From contig MU008158.1 of NCBI GenBank assembly GCA_010909165.1, positions 769,478 to 833,477 of the forward strand: a stretch of DNA of 64,000 nucleotides, in the 5' to 3' direction. The first letter of the stretch is position 1. Each line of letters begins with the position of its first letter. Below, one piece after another: positions 12,801 through 24,715 of this stretch. The notes beneath the pieces were generated by a model. The model saw nothing but the letters and a program-made list of their open reading frames with translations, ran no database searches and had not been told where the DNA came from. Source of the stretch: Anthoceros angustus (lineage: Eukaryota; Plantae; Anthocerotophyta). The translations under genes were made by a program, and so were the position numbers.

Positions 12801-13890
12801 ATGGCCGGGAAAGAAGGCGCCGCTTTCTTTTCCCCCGTGCTGGTGCCGCTGGCGTTTTGGGGCCCACCTCGCTCTCTCTCCCTCTCTCTCTCTTCACAGC
12901 AGTGGAGCTGCCAGATGAGTCCAGTTCATGCTTGCTTCCAAGGCTCCGTCCCTGCCCGCTGCCCGCCCTGCCCGGCCCGGCCCTTCCTCGCACTGCCAGA
13001 GCCTGGGCCTCCCCCTCCCTCTTTGTCTCGGGGGCTTCTTCTCCTCTTGCCAGAAGGCCGGAACGCTCTGCCGTGTGGGAAGGCGCGGGTGCGGCCGCTG
13101 CCATCGCCTTTTGCTGCTGCCTTGTTGTTTGCATTGTCTGTGCTTTGCCATCTCTGCCTTCGCCGGAGCATCGCCGCCTCCAAGCTTGCGAGCGGCTAGG
13201 CGATGCGATGCGATGCGATGCTGGGACCAGTCTTCTGCGCGCGAGCCCGGCGGTGAGCCGAGGTGAGGGAGCTGCTGGATGGATTCTTGGATGACTTCTT
13301 GATGCCGCGGATTGCCTTTCTCTTGCTCCCTTCCCAGCCGCGACGCTGCGGTGGACCTTTCCTAGTCTTCTCCTGAAACACACAACGCAACGCGACGCTG
13401 GCCTGCGGCCACCGTTCTGTGTTCCAGGCGCTTGTGCCGTGCTTCCGCATGCGTGCAAGGAAGCGTAATTAGAATTCTGGCCGATTTGGTACTTCGCCTG
13501 TGCTGGTTGGAATTGCCCTTTGCGTGTGTGTTCGCGAATTTCTTGTTTCTTGTTCCGAGTTTGGTGCTAGATTGCGACGAGTTGCTTAAATTTCGGTGGA
13601 GCGCAAGCGCGCTCGCTTCCGTATCGGTCGCGTGCCTGCGCAAGCTGCCGCTTGCTCTGCTCCTCCTCGCTGTTTGACCGGTCGGGGCGGGGCGGGGCAG
13701 GGCAGGGCAGGTGCAGGTGCAGGTGCAGGTGCAGGACGGTGCTTTTAGTCTGGTTCCATTTGTCTCGGTGCTGTGCTTACATCCACGGTCCTACTTTTTG
13801 CAGCTTGGTTTCCGATGAACCATTGACGACAGCATATGCGCAATCAAAGAGTTTAGGGGAGTGTGACACGACCGCCGTTTTGGAAGCTGA

Positions 13891-15093
13891 ATGAAGCGGG
13901 CGATGGGGGGGCCCGTAGTCTTGTTGGTGGACCCGAGGTCCGAGGAGGAGGAGGAGCGATCCAGCGTGGTCATGGTTGAGAGACTGTGGAGTAGGTTGCC
14001 CGAAGAGCTGGTTGAGAGAATTTTGACGTGGTTGCCTCTCCCGAGCCTCTTTAGATGCCGCTCCGTGTGCAAGAAATGGAACACGCTCATGTTCTCCAAG
14101 GATTTTCACTCCGATCGTCACGGATCCTCGCCGATGCCTCTGCTCCTCTTGTTCGGGCTGGAGGCTGGCAGGGCCGACCAATCGTATGATGCTCTGCGGA
14201 GCTCTTGGCATAAACTGCCTCGATCTTTTCTTCCGTATTTGGATGTTCATCCTATCGTATCGGCTGGTGGCCTGCTGCTCTGCGTCAGAAGCTTCAAGCT
14301 CAAATTCGACTACTCCTGGCTCTGCGTCTGCAACCCCTTGATGAAGTCTTGGCGAGATTTGCCTGTTACAGCCAAGTTGAAGATGCCGATGCTGGTCACC
14401 ATGCTTTATGACGGGGATGCCAAGTCTTTCAAGGTCATAGTCGCTGGGGATCGAAGGTTTTGCACTGCTGTTGCGTCTCTGGACGAGGTGTCCAGGTTAC
14501 AAGAAGATACCACTAATTTCTGTTGGCCTACCTACGTGTACGACTCTGTGACGGATTCTTGGAGCGATGCTGGTAGGGTGCCAGACGGCTCTTGTCTGCG
14601 GCCAACTTCCGTTGTTCTCCACGGCACCCTCTACGCCTTGAGAAGGACTGGGGAGGTGTTGGCCTTCGACTTGGAGAAATGCCTGTGGCGCCGTCTGCAA
14701 GTGCCGGTGCCTCCCTCTTGTGATGTTGCTTGCCTGACAGAGACCTCTGGAGCAATCTATATGGCTGGGTATTCCAGGGCAGAGGGCGTGCATGGATTGA
14801 GCATATGGGAGATCGATTTGAAAGCCAATGCCTGGCTGCAGCTTGGGAGCTTGCCCGAGAAGTTACGAGCAGATTTGAAGCTAAGATCAACGGAACCTGC
14901 ACGTCTTGTTGGACACGGCAGATGGCTCTTCCTCATGTTTGGGGGTGGTGATGGGAAGTTGCCCGAGACTATCAAGTATGACTTCGTCGCCAAGGTGTGG
15001 CGGCAGATAGGACAGTGCCCTTTTGATATCCGCTCGGGTGACCTGCAATCCAGCCTGCTCCCCTACGAGCCCAGATTGGATGTTTTTTGGTAG
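13891..15093 (+). CDS. F-box protein with kelch-like/F-box-associated beta-propeller; single coding exon
   Basis: 400-aa ORF with F-box LWSRLPEELVERILTWLPLPSLFRCRSVCKKWN, then GGLLLC, LCVCNPLMKSWRDLP and VYDSVTDSW. Confidence 0.93.
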   Translation: MKRAMGGPVVLLVDPRSEEEEERSSVVMVERLWSRLPEELVERILTWLPLPSLFRCRSVCKKWNTLMFSKDFHSDRHGSSPMPLLLLFGLEAGRADQSYDALRSSWHKLPRSFLPYLDVHPIVSAGGLLLCVRSFKLKFDYSWLCVCNPLMKSWRDLPVTAKLKMPMLVTMLYDGDAKSFKVIVAGDRRFCTAVASLDEVSRLQEDTTNFCWPTYVYDSVTDSWSDAGRVPDGSCLRPTSVVLHGTLYALRRTGEVLAFDLEKCLWRRLQVPVPPSCDVACLTETSGAIYMAGYSRAEGVHGLSIWEIDLKANAWLQLGSLPEKLRADLKLRSTEPARLVGHGRWLFLMFGGGDGKLPETIKYDFVAKVWRQIGQCPFDIRSGDLQSSLLPYEPRLDVFW

Positions 15094-16027
15094 ACGTTGC
15101 AGACGCAGTTGATGCTCTCCTACATCCAGTTGTTATGGCACTGTCCGGCCTCAACTGGTTTTTTCGACGGCTAAGATTCGGCTCCTCTGTATTTCTCATT
15201 GTGCAATTCGCCTTGTAGCAACTTAGAAAGAAGCTGTGCAGGCCCTCAGTAGTGGTTAAAAAATCTCAGAATTTGAAGGAACCAGCACGTCTACTGTTTG
15301 CTCACCTCCTGAGAGCAACATTTGAAGAACGTGCGGCTAGAGGCTGGAGTTGCTCAAGGAATTTTTTGTCTGGCCATGTCTGGTGAGGACTCCGTGAACT
15401 ACTCTATGCACGTGACGGAGCACTGTTGCTTTGCTAGCTAATACTTACCACCTCTGTGCTGCAGTCCTCAATCCACCGCTCCAGGAGAATACCCGTCCAC
15501 ACCGAGGCATACTAGCAGCGCCGGGGATCACTCTTGACAGTCCCCGCTTGATTGCTCAGGCACTTCCCAGTAGCTTAGCGAAAGATTTGTCATGATGATC
15601 GGCGTCTCGTATTTGCGTAAAACGGATTATTTTGGACTGCCAGGTATCATGAAGCTCGAGAAATGCAGACACTTCCGACAGAGGTAGTATGTACCCAGTA
15701 CATACTAAATGCAAAACTCATTCTATAAAGTACTATCACCCCGTTACACACAAACTTTATCTAAGGGAAGCCTCCTTATACTAGACCCCTACTCGAGCAG
15801 CAGATACAGAAAAGAGCCTCGTTCCAATCATGGATCAAGGTGGTGAATGATATCCTCCTGCACGTTCTTTAGAAAACTTCGGACCACTGCCGATGTCGTA
15901 CATTGCCGCAGGCTCATGAGTCAAAATTGCAGCTACATGTGTACAGTGGCTTGCGCCTCTGTACTGATGGACCTGGCAGAGATGGAGCAATGATAGCGAA
16001 AAACCTCTTGTTCTACCGGTGGCTGAC

Positions 16028-19000
16028 TTAGTGTCGCGATCTCAAGAGCTTGAGAGCTAGAGCTTCCTGTTCAGCCAAGGACAGATGAGCTGCACGTCCT
16101 TTATCTGTGTCGTCGTCCCTGTCGGTCCCAGCGTCTGAGGACGCAGGGGACCGACTGCCGGCATCAATATCGTCTTCACTGTCACCTGTGTCGGCCCCAA
16201 GCGTTACTGCGTCTCCCTCCGCCTCTGAACTCTTCCTCAACTTTTGCCTCTTCTTCTGCCTCTTCTCCCGCAATCTTTGCTTTTCCAGCAGCCGATCTTC
16301 CTTGTCCCGCCGCTTCATCTCTTCCTTTAGCCTCATGTTTCGCTCCTCAGCGGCGCGAGCAAGTTCTTCTGCAAATACCACATAGACATGTGAATCATGA
16401 CCGTAATTACTGTGCAATGGGCATTGCAATGAAATCAAATGAGATACCTTGCTCATCCTTCTGCTCCTTCTGGAGTGCAAGTGCTTCGAACGGTGTGATA
16501 GCATTTCCATCTTCGTCAAACACCAAACGTTGGCCACCAGCTTTGCTGGAGTCAATCTTCAACACTTTCTTCTTCTTGGAAACCTTCACCCCAGAACTGC
16601 ACACCAATTTCAATACTCAGGCAACCATGCTCACACCAGAGAACACATCATCGCAGAAAATGAAATACCCATGGCAGAGTACAAACCTCTTCACTGCTAC
16701 TCCACCTCCTGAAGGATCTTCCGGACCTGCTTGCCCTTGCATGGTCCCATCATTGTCCTTCCGAGCCCGAAACATAAACTCATCTTCAACAGCAGGCTCA
16801 TGAGCCCGCATTTTCTCATAGGTTGCAGACAGCACATCTGCATTTTTGCGTCTGAAGAGTCGGTCCAGTTTGGACGCCTTCTTCTTTGCGTTGACATCAC
16901 TGTCAGGAAGCCACGCAGAGAGAGAGGCAACATCAGCCTCTGTCTGCTCTCCGTCCTCAACATCAGCATGCTCATCCATGGTCCCAGGCTCTTCATGCTC
17001 TTCGTCAGCTTCGCTATCATCCGAACCCTCAACCAAATGGTTCAAGTTTCTTGGGGCATTCTTGGCCACTTTTGCAGAGGCATTCTTCAGAAACCGGATG
17101 CGAGGAGTTGATGGCAGTCCCATAGATGCTGCAAACTCCGCAAGTGGAAGGTTTGCGACATCAAACATTTCCTTGTCGGGCCGCAAATGGAGTGAACGAA
17201 GGTATGTCACAAATGCCCGCTGGGCAAGATATTTTAACTCAGGACTCTTGGAGAGCAAGCATGCCAACGCAGGTGAAACTTGCTGCACCTTGCTCATATT
17301 CGCCTGTGGAAAGTGACATGGAGTCTCATCAGATATAGACACAAAACAGCACATTGCAGTGGCATCTAAGGAGGACTGACGCATTGGAGCGTGATCGATA
17401 CCTTGATCACTTTGACAGGGATCTTAGATGCTTCAAATGCAGTCAGCATCTTCTGCTCTGAAGGTGTCAGAAAAAGTAAAGACCGTCCTGAAGCAGTGTA
17501 CCGAGCAGTTCGTCCAACACGATGAATATAAGTGGCAACATCTTCAGGACAATCCACCTGGGCAGCAAAAGGAGCACATTACCAGAAGATGTTCAGAAAA
17601 GCTTTGTCCTTCGCCCAGCTTACCTTCTTTACCACCATCAAATGAAATCTAACTCCACCACACCTGAACAACCCAGTCTACTGCCGGAAAGTCAAGCCCT
17701 CTTGCTGCCACATCTGTGGCAAATAACAGCGAATGGCGACTTTCGCAGAAATCAAAGAACACCAAAGACCTTTGCATCTGCTTCATTCTTCCATGCAAGC
17801 ATTTGACGGGCACTCCAGGACGCAGCTTTTTGAAAGCTTCGCTGACAAACTTGACCTGCAGCAGATGAACAAGTTGAGTGACAAACATGATCCATTTGAA
17901 CTTTCATACAAACAAACCAATGGATTTTTATCCGGCCACGCAAGTTCCAGCAACGGTAGAACCAGACCTGCTTACAAGATGACAGGAAAACAAGCATCTT
18001 AGAGCGAAGATGTGACTTGACAAAGCTCCACAGCATATCTAGCTTCTCGTCCAAGGGCACAATCATGGCAGTTTGCTGCAGTCGAGCCGGTGTCGCCGTG
18101 GTCGACTCTGCATGCACAGACAGATACTCTGGATCCCGCAGACTGAGCCTGGCAAGATCTTGCACAGATCGAGTTTGCGTGGCTGAGAATAGGAAAGTCT
18201 GCCGCTGCTTTGGTAGCTGTGCCACAATGGCATTGAGAGTCTTAGCAAATCCCATATCCAAAATCCGGTCTGCCTCGTCCAACACCAGCACCTGCCTTGT
18301 GACAACCACCAACCCCCCACGCATTAGCTGTGATGGCTGACCAAACCAGACCTCCTTCCGTCCAGCTCAAAACATCCAAATCAGCTGATACAGCAGCAAT
18401 TGCCCCATCAGAAATCTACAGGAAGATGAAGGGCTAGCCAAGTCTTTTGGAAAACTTGGGCTAATGTTGAAATGTGCCCAGAGAATGGTAGGGATCAAGG
18501 GATGAATATGCATGGGTGGCCTGAAGTTACAGGATAACTGAAAACCCACCTGGAGCTGGGAGCAGTCGAAATTGGGCGTCTCGTCCATATGCTGCAGCAG
18601 CCGACCTGGCGTACACACCAGAATATTGAGCGAGCTGACGTGACCTTTCTCCATATCCACACCCTTCCTCCCCCCAATCAGCAGGCCTCCGCTGAGCGAG
18701 TGGTGCTTGCCCACCTTCTTCAACTCATCGAAGATCTGCACTGCCAGCTCCCGGGTAGGCGAGATGATGATCGCGCCCACCCCATCCAGAGTGCCCCACC
18801 GAAGCCGAAACAATTTCTCGATCACCTGCCAACCCAAAAGCCAGTCAGTCTGTCTGTAATAACAATCGCCGCCAGCCAAACAAGAAAGATGCAGCCACCA
18901 ACCCACCGGCACGAGAAAAGCCAAGGTCTTGCCAGACCCAGTTTTGGCCGCTCCTAGCACATCCCTCCCACACAGGGCGTGCGGGATCGCGGCCCTCTGA

Positions 19001-19320
19001 ATCGCGGTCATGTGCGTGTACTTGGCATCCGCCAGCCCCCTCCTGGTCCGGTCGCACAGCGGCAGCTGCGAGAAGAGCTTGGCTCCGGCGTAAGGCCTCA
19101 GCTTGTCCTCCACCTTGGCATCCTCCTCGGACACGGTCGCAGCCAAGGGATTGGACCCCGCAGGTGGCGCCCCATTCGCAATCCTGCATTCCAACACCTT
19201 GATCTCCTCCACTTCCGAAACCCCTCCCCGCCGCTTCTTCCTCACCTGACTAATGGGCTGCGTCCGCTCAGCCTCCTCCCTCACCCGCTTCTTCCCCGTT
19301 TTTCCATCCCACCTCTTCAT
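16028..19320 (-). CDS. DBP4: DEAD-box RNA helicase, DDX10/Dbp4 (RH32-like), multi-exon
   Basis: Motifs [49 protein letters not shown] and [10 protein letters not shown] lie across GT-AG exons, followed by the Dbp4-type region [23 protein letters not shown]. Start is at 19320 or 19329. Confidence 0.93.
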
Positions 19321-20639
19321 AGACACCATCCTTCCAATACCAATTGCACCAACACCTCCGCAACCTGTGCTGAGTCTCTCTGAAGGGCCGTTCACGACTT
19401 AGACTCCATACAAACAGACGTGGACCTTTCACCAACTGCGCACCGATGGTTGTGACATGCGGAACGAAGCAGAAACACTGCATTTCAATTCATCTTTCCT
19501 CTCCTTCTCCTTTTCTGGCAAAATGCGCCACTCAGATCACAACATAATATAAATAACCCATAACCCGATGTGGTTCCACATATCTATATGGACGCTTATC
19601 ACTCACCAAGGTATAAGTTGCCCGTGGCGAGTATCTTTCTAGTCTTTTGTGGTCTTGGTACATTATTATAGGTATGATTTTCTATTATTAGTTTAAGTGA
19701 TTTCTATATATAGACATCCATTCATTAAAATATAAGTGGAATGTGAGGAGTACCTTTCTATCTTTCTCTAGAGAATATATTATATAATCTTTATTTATTA
19801 ATATAATATTAAAAATATATATATAGAGATTTATGATCATTTGTTTCTTTCTTTATTATTGTCACAATAGTAGTTACTGGTATATCTATCACAACCTTGA
19901 GGAACAACATGAGGTTAAATGTTAATATGTCTACATGGTAGACGGCTACTAGGAATGTTTTGGCTACATAATTGCATTTCGCATCTATTGTGTTATATCT
20001 CAATTCCTTGATTTCGATTGACATATTTCGGTTTCACATAATTTTAGAGATTCACTGATATATTGACATTATTAGCTGGTATGTTTTGTATCGCCTAGCG
20101 AGAGATTTTCTTTCTCACATTGTTGCAGAAATATGGGGTTAGAGCTTCAATTCTTACACGATATACACCATCACACCATCCCAATGGAAAAGATTATGAA
20201 GAACCAAAATAAGTTATATTCAATCTTAGTTTATTGGCCTTCTAGAGGTGGGCAACATAATATATATATAAGAGTTCAACATCTTCCTATCTCTCTAATG
20301 TAGTAAAGGGAATTATTGGTTTACCTACAGACAAAATATTTGCTCAACCACGTCAAAAGACAAGGACAACTCTTCAGCTTAATATAAAACTGAATGATAT
20401 TTAAACAGTAGATTAATTCTTCCCATATGAAATTGACAATCAGCTCTTGAATTTTTCCTTGAAGTTTAAAATTGATGTTTTGGTAATGGATTAGCCATCC
20501 CATATAAAAAAGATAATAAACCGGGATAATGAGCTCCTGAATATGTCCTTGAAGGTTTAAACTTTCTATTTCTTATTTTATATTTTCTTTTGGTGTGCTC
20601 AAACACACAAAGAAATAAGAGTATATAAAAACTTCATAG

Positions 20640-20950
20640 TTAAACGGCTTGGGGCTGGATAAACGGCTTGGACTATCGCTTGGCATCTGAAAGAGATTGG
20701 ACTATCGCTTGGCATGTGAAAGAGACCCTTTTACCATGTTATATGCATGCTCCCACCTTTACGTGTCTCCCTTTACAACGTTATGCTCTCACCTATTCGT
20801 CCATGTCCCTTTACTTCTTATGCCAGTGATGCTCTCGGTCACTTCGTCAAGACTTATGCACTTGGTCAATCTATCATCTCACCTCATGTCCATGGTCACT
20901 CGTCAAGACTGATGTACTTGGTCAATCTATCATCTCACCTCATGTCCATA
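20640..20950. repeat. Short local tandem duplications (~28 bp and ~55 bp) in a degraded TE-like intergenic stretch
   Basis: ttggactatcgcttggcat occurs twice; cttggtcaatctatcatctcacctcatgtccat occurs twice. Confidence 0.75.
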
Positions 20951-22767
20951 GCCATGAACGTCCGCGCGCGTGAGATCCATCCACCGATTCACTTTATTAT
21001 TGTGTCACCTGATAGGCTCGATCTTATCAATTTATGATGAGCTCTAAGCGGTAATCATGTGCCTATGAAGACAAACGGGTCCCAATGCTTGGCGGGTTGG
21101 GTGCCTAAAGTCTTTAGGCCGTGAATCACACAGGAAACACATCAGATGTTTAGGTGTAATGAACATTGAGTTCAAACCTCTAGCCTAAAAACACAGCCTC
21201 GCAACTAGAGGGCAGAGTTAAGTTAACTTCAGAATTTTAGCCCAAAAATATTACTTATTATCATTTTCTTCTTCATGTAATTCATCCTCTAACTCAAAAT
21301 AGGTGTAGTCATTTGTACCAGCTTCCTCATTAACTGTCCACATGCATCTCGACGTATCCTGCATCAACCTACAACATCGGTACCAGGTGTGTGGCATCAA
21401 TGCCCAGGACTGAGTGCGACGGCAAGGTGTGGGGCACGATAGACACATCCTTTTCAACATATGTTGTCATTTGATAATCAACTGAACTCAGCGACGGCAG
21501 GAGGTAGGGGGCAAGCTCGCGCAATTGCAGGTGCGCCCCGTTGATCTACAAGTGCACTTGCGGGCGTGTCCCGTTGATCTACAAGCGCACATGCACACAC
21601 ACGTCTCGACGCCCGCGTGCGTGCCTCTCATCAATAGTGTGCCCTTCTCCGACAATCTGGTCAGCCTCATAAGAACTCGCTACTACTGTGCATCATGAAC
21701 AACAACTTGGCCAACATCATGTGTTCCTTGTGCTCCTTCTTGGATGATATCGAAAGATGATAGCATGCATCTATGTAAGACCGAGATGCTTGTATTTTTA
21801 GGCACCTAGTTTCTTATGCAGTAGGAGTTAGGCTGAGCCGTTTAGCTGTTTGTGTAGCTAGTTTTTCACCCCTACTTTATAGTGAGTGGGAGTGATGAAA
21901 TATATGACTTATTAGGGCACTATTCATTAGGGCTCCCTTAAATCCCTAGAAATTTGCCAAAGTCACTTGCTCTGGTGGCGAAGTGGCTTGTGGACATCGT
22001 GGAACTAACTTTTTTTAAGATTTGTGGGTGGAGGAGCGTTTGTGATTGCACAGCCCTTGGCTTGGTTGCACTTCTTCTAGGAAGGACGCGCTGTGAATCG
22101 GCCACAAGCGTCCTTGTGCTGTAGGGAGTCGCAACAGCTTTAGGCACTTGGCACACCTCTGCGCCACGGCAATGATGGCGGCTTCCCTCTAACAAGCTTG
22201 CCAGCATTTGTATGGGCCTTTCTTCCTCTCGACATGGCCACTCCTACATCAACCAGCACCTATCAGACGAGCTGACAACGGCCCGTTTCCTATGAGCCTT
22301 TTGGGTGGAGCAATCCGGCATTATTCTCTTTATTTGAAGTAGCTGGTATTCGGGAACCCGTACTTGGCCTTTATGTATTTACCATATTTCGGGTATTTTC
22401 CTATTGTGTTATTTAGACATATTTTTCCAAGTTCTAGCTTAATTCATTTATTTTTGAACTTAGGGCTAGAAGTAGTTTTATTTATTAGTTCAGTGATTAT
22501 TTGGTTACAACAACCTATAGCCATCTACTTCATTTACACATATGTACTTTCTATTATGTTCATAATGCATAAGATATTTTCAGCAAGTCATTGATTCTCT
22601 TCAGCTACGGTATAAATTCGAGGAGTTCACACACGACATCGAGCAAGCATGCATGCAGACTTCAAACTAAACAACCAACAAGTAGCAACTCAACAACAAG
22701 TAACTCAACTCAACCTTTGCAGGACCTAAAATTAGTCATGTATATCATAGTCCGCTCATTAAGAAGT

Positions 22768-22974
22768 TTAATGCGTCTCGAGTTCAGGCTTAAATGATAA
22801 CAAATTTGCAGCATTATCTTGAGTTTGAATATAACTAATGTCAATTGTACTATCCTCTAACTTTTCTCTTGTATAATGATACTCAACAGCTACATGTTTT
22901 GTCCTGGAATGAAAAACAGGGTTTCTAGCTAATGCAATGGCACCTTGGCTATCACTAAATAGAAGTGTGCCCAT
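22768..22974 (-). mobile_element. Ty1/copia RNase H C-terminal fragment
   Basis: DSQGAIALARNPVFHSRTKHVAVEYHYTRE...TQDNAANLL. Confidence 0.88.
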
Positions 22975-24715
22975 ATTGCAATTTGTAACTACTTTTTCTA
23001 TAAATCATGCTTACATGCATGGTGAAATATGATTTGGCTAATGTTTGCTAAACGAGTTGAGATATGATGGAGCTATAAATCTTAGGCATGATCAAAACAT
23101 ACCAAATTGTAGAGCTTGTCGAGCTTTACTATCCTCTCAACATTGATTATCATTTGCATGATACTAAGAAAAGCCTAGTCCAATGGCTCATTTTGAGTCT
23201 CTCAAGCATGCTCAGTAGGCATGTGTAATGGCATAGATGAGAAACCTTATTTTGTAATTAGGATGTTTGGTTCCAAACAATTATCACTATTACCCTTTTC
23301 AAGATCCGGCTCAACTCTACCAGATCCTCTAAAATAAGCTGAAAGTGGTCGTCCATAAGCGAACGGAACCGTAAAACAATAGCAGCCATAATATCAACAA
23401 AAGCCTCCATTGGGATGCCAGCCCATGACCCAACCTTAAGTGCCTCACTCATCATAAGCACCTAGCCGCAAAACACCAATCTGAAAGCAAAAACAAATAG
23501 GAGCAATTAGCTCCAATTTAGTAATTCCAAGGCCAAGGCGCAAGTGAGGTTAAAGCCCCATGAATCCAAGATGGGAATCACCGAAAGCAATAATCCACTG
23601 AACTTTGATAGCATAAAGATTTGAATCCCCAAGGAAGACGCAAGCTTCAACTCACTATCAATTAAACTAACCTCCTCTTTAAAACCCCTATAAAAAGAAG
23701 GAAAAATTTTAAATCATAAAAACGTTTTATGTTACGTCTTGTAAGGTTATGTCTCTAAAGGTTAGGTCTCATAAGAAGCTTCAACCTTCAACCCAAGCCA
23801 GCCCAATACTGTGGGAGAAGCGAGCAACGATTGCAATTTTTTTGGAAATCGGAGAGGAGTGGCAATGCCAAAATCAATTGCAACTCCAAGGTGAAACCTT
23901 CGACAAAACTCTGAGTTTTCCTTGTACTCTAATCTCTAGATGTTCAAAATCTGAGTTCAAAAATCTAGATGTTCAAAAATCAAAATAAATTCCATATAGG
24001 AACCTCTCTATGCGGGACTTTGTGGGCTACTCCCCATTAGAAGGGGTGGGCTAAATGTATGATACAAACGGGGAAAGGCGATGAACGCTGGAATCTGGGA
24101 AACGCATCGGGTCCGTCCACGTGGTGGAGTGCAAGCGGGTTGTAACCAGGGTTCGGATTAACGAGCCAGCGTCGATCTGAGCCGTCCATAGTCTTCATCG
24201 CCGCTGTCCAGGTCTGGAACCCTTTCCCGCTCTCGTTGCGTTCTTTTTCCCCCTCTGGTCTCTTTGCTTTTTTCAGCTGCTGTGGTAGAGCTGATCTTCT
24301 CCGTGCGGGTGTGGCCCAGACAACGGGCCCGGCAGCATCGCTGCACGCTGGTGGCCAGGCTGACAGCAGTTGGGCTGGAATCTGATGCGCGGTGCTCGCG
24401 CTGCGGCTCGGTCAGGCAAGCCAGGGTTTTGAGCGCAGGCAGCCAGCAGGGACTAGCTCGGTGTCGGCCCCAGCCGTGCCGTGCACTCGCCATCCATTGC
24501 TGCGAGCTGCGCAGGCGCGGTAAGGAGGCCTGCAGGGGGCCTATGCGGCGGGCTCGTAGCTGGAGAAACGGTGCGGCTGGTGGGCGACTGCCGCGCTGTG
24601 GAGCTTGAAGTGAGTGACCTCCCCGGCTTCCTAGGGTTACGGCCTTTGCCACTGGGGGGAGCTACGTTGAGCCGGCGCCACTGAGTTCTTGGTGCCCGCA
24701 GCTGCGCGCGCGGTG

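Noticed and set aside
21098-21810. ggtgcctaaa inverted pair as MITE TIRs
   Set aside because: Only 10 bp long and no TSD.
24158-24652. 164-aa minus ORF and overlapping ORFs upstream of RBP47
   Set aside because: GC-rich 5' UTR/promoter sequence with no recognisable domain.
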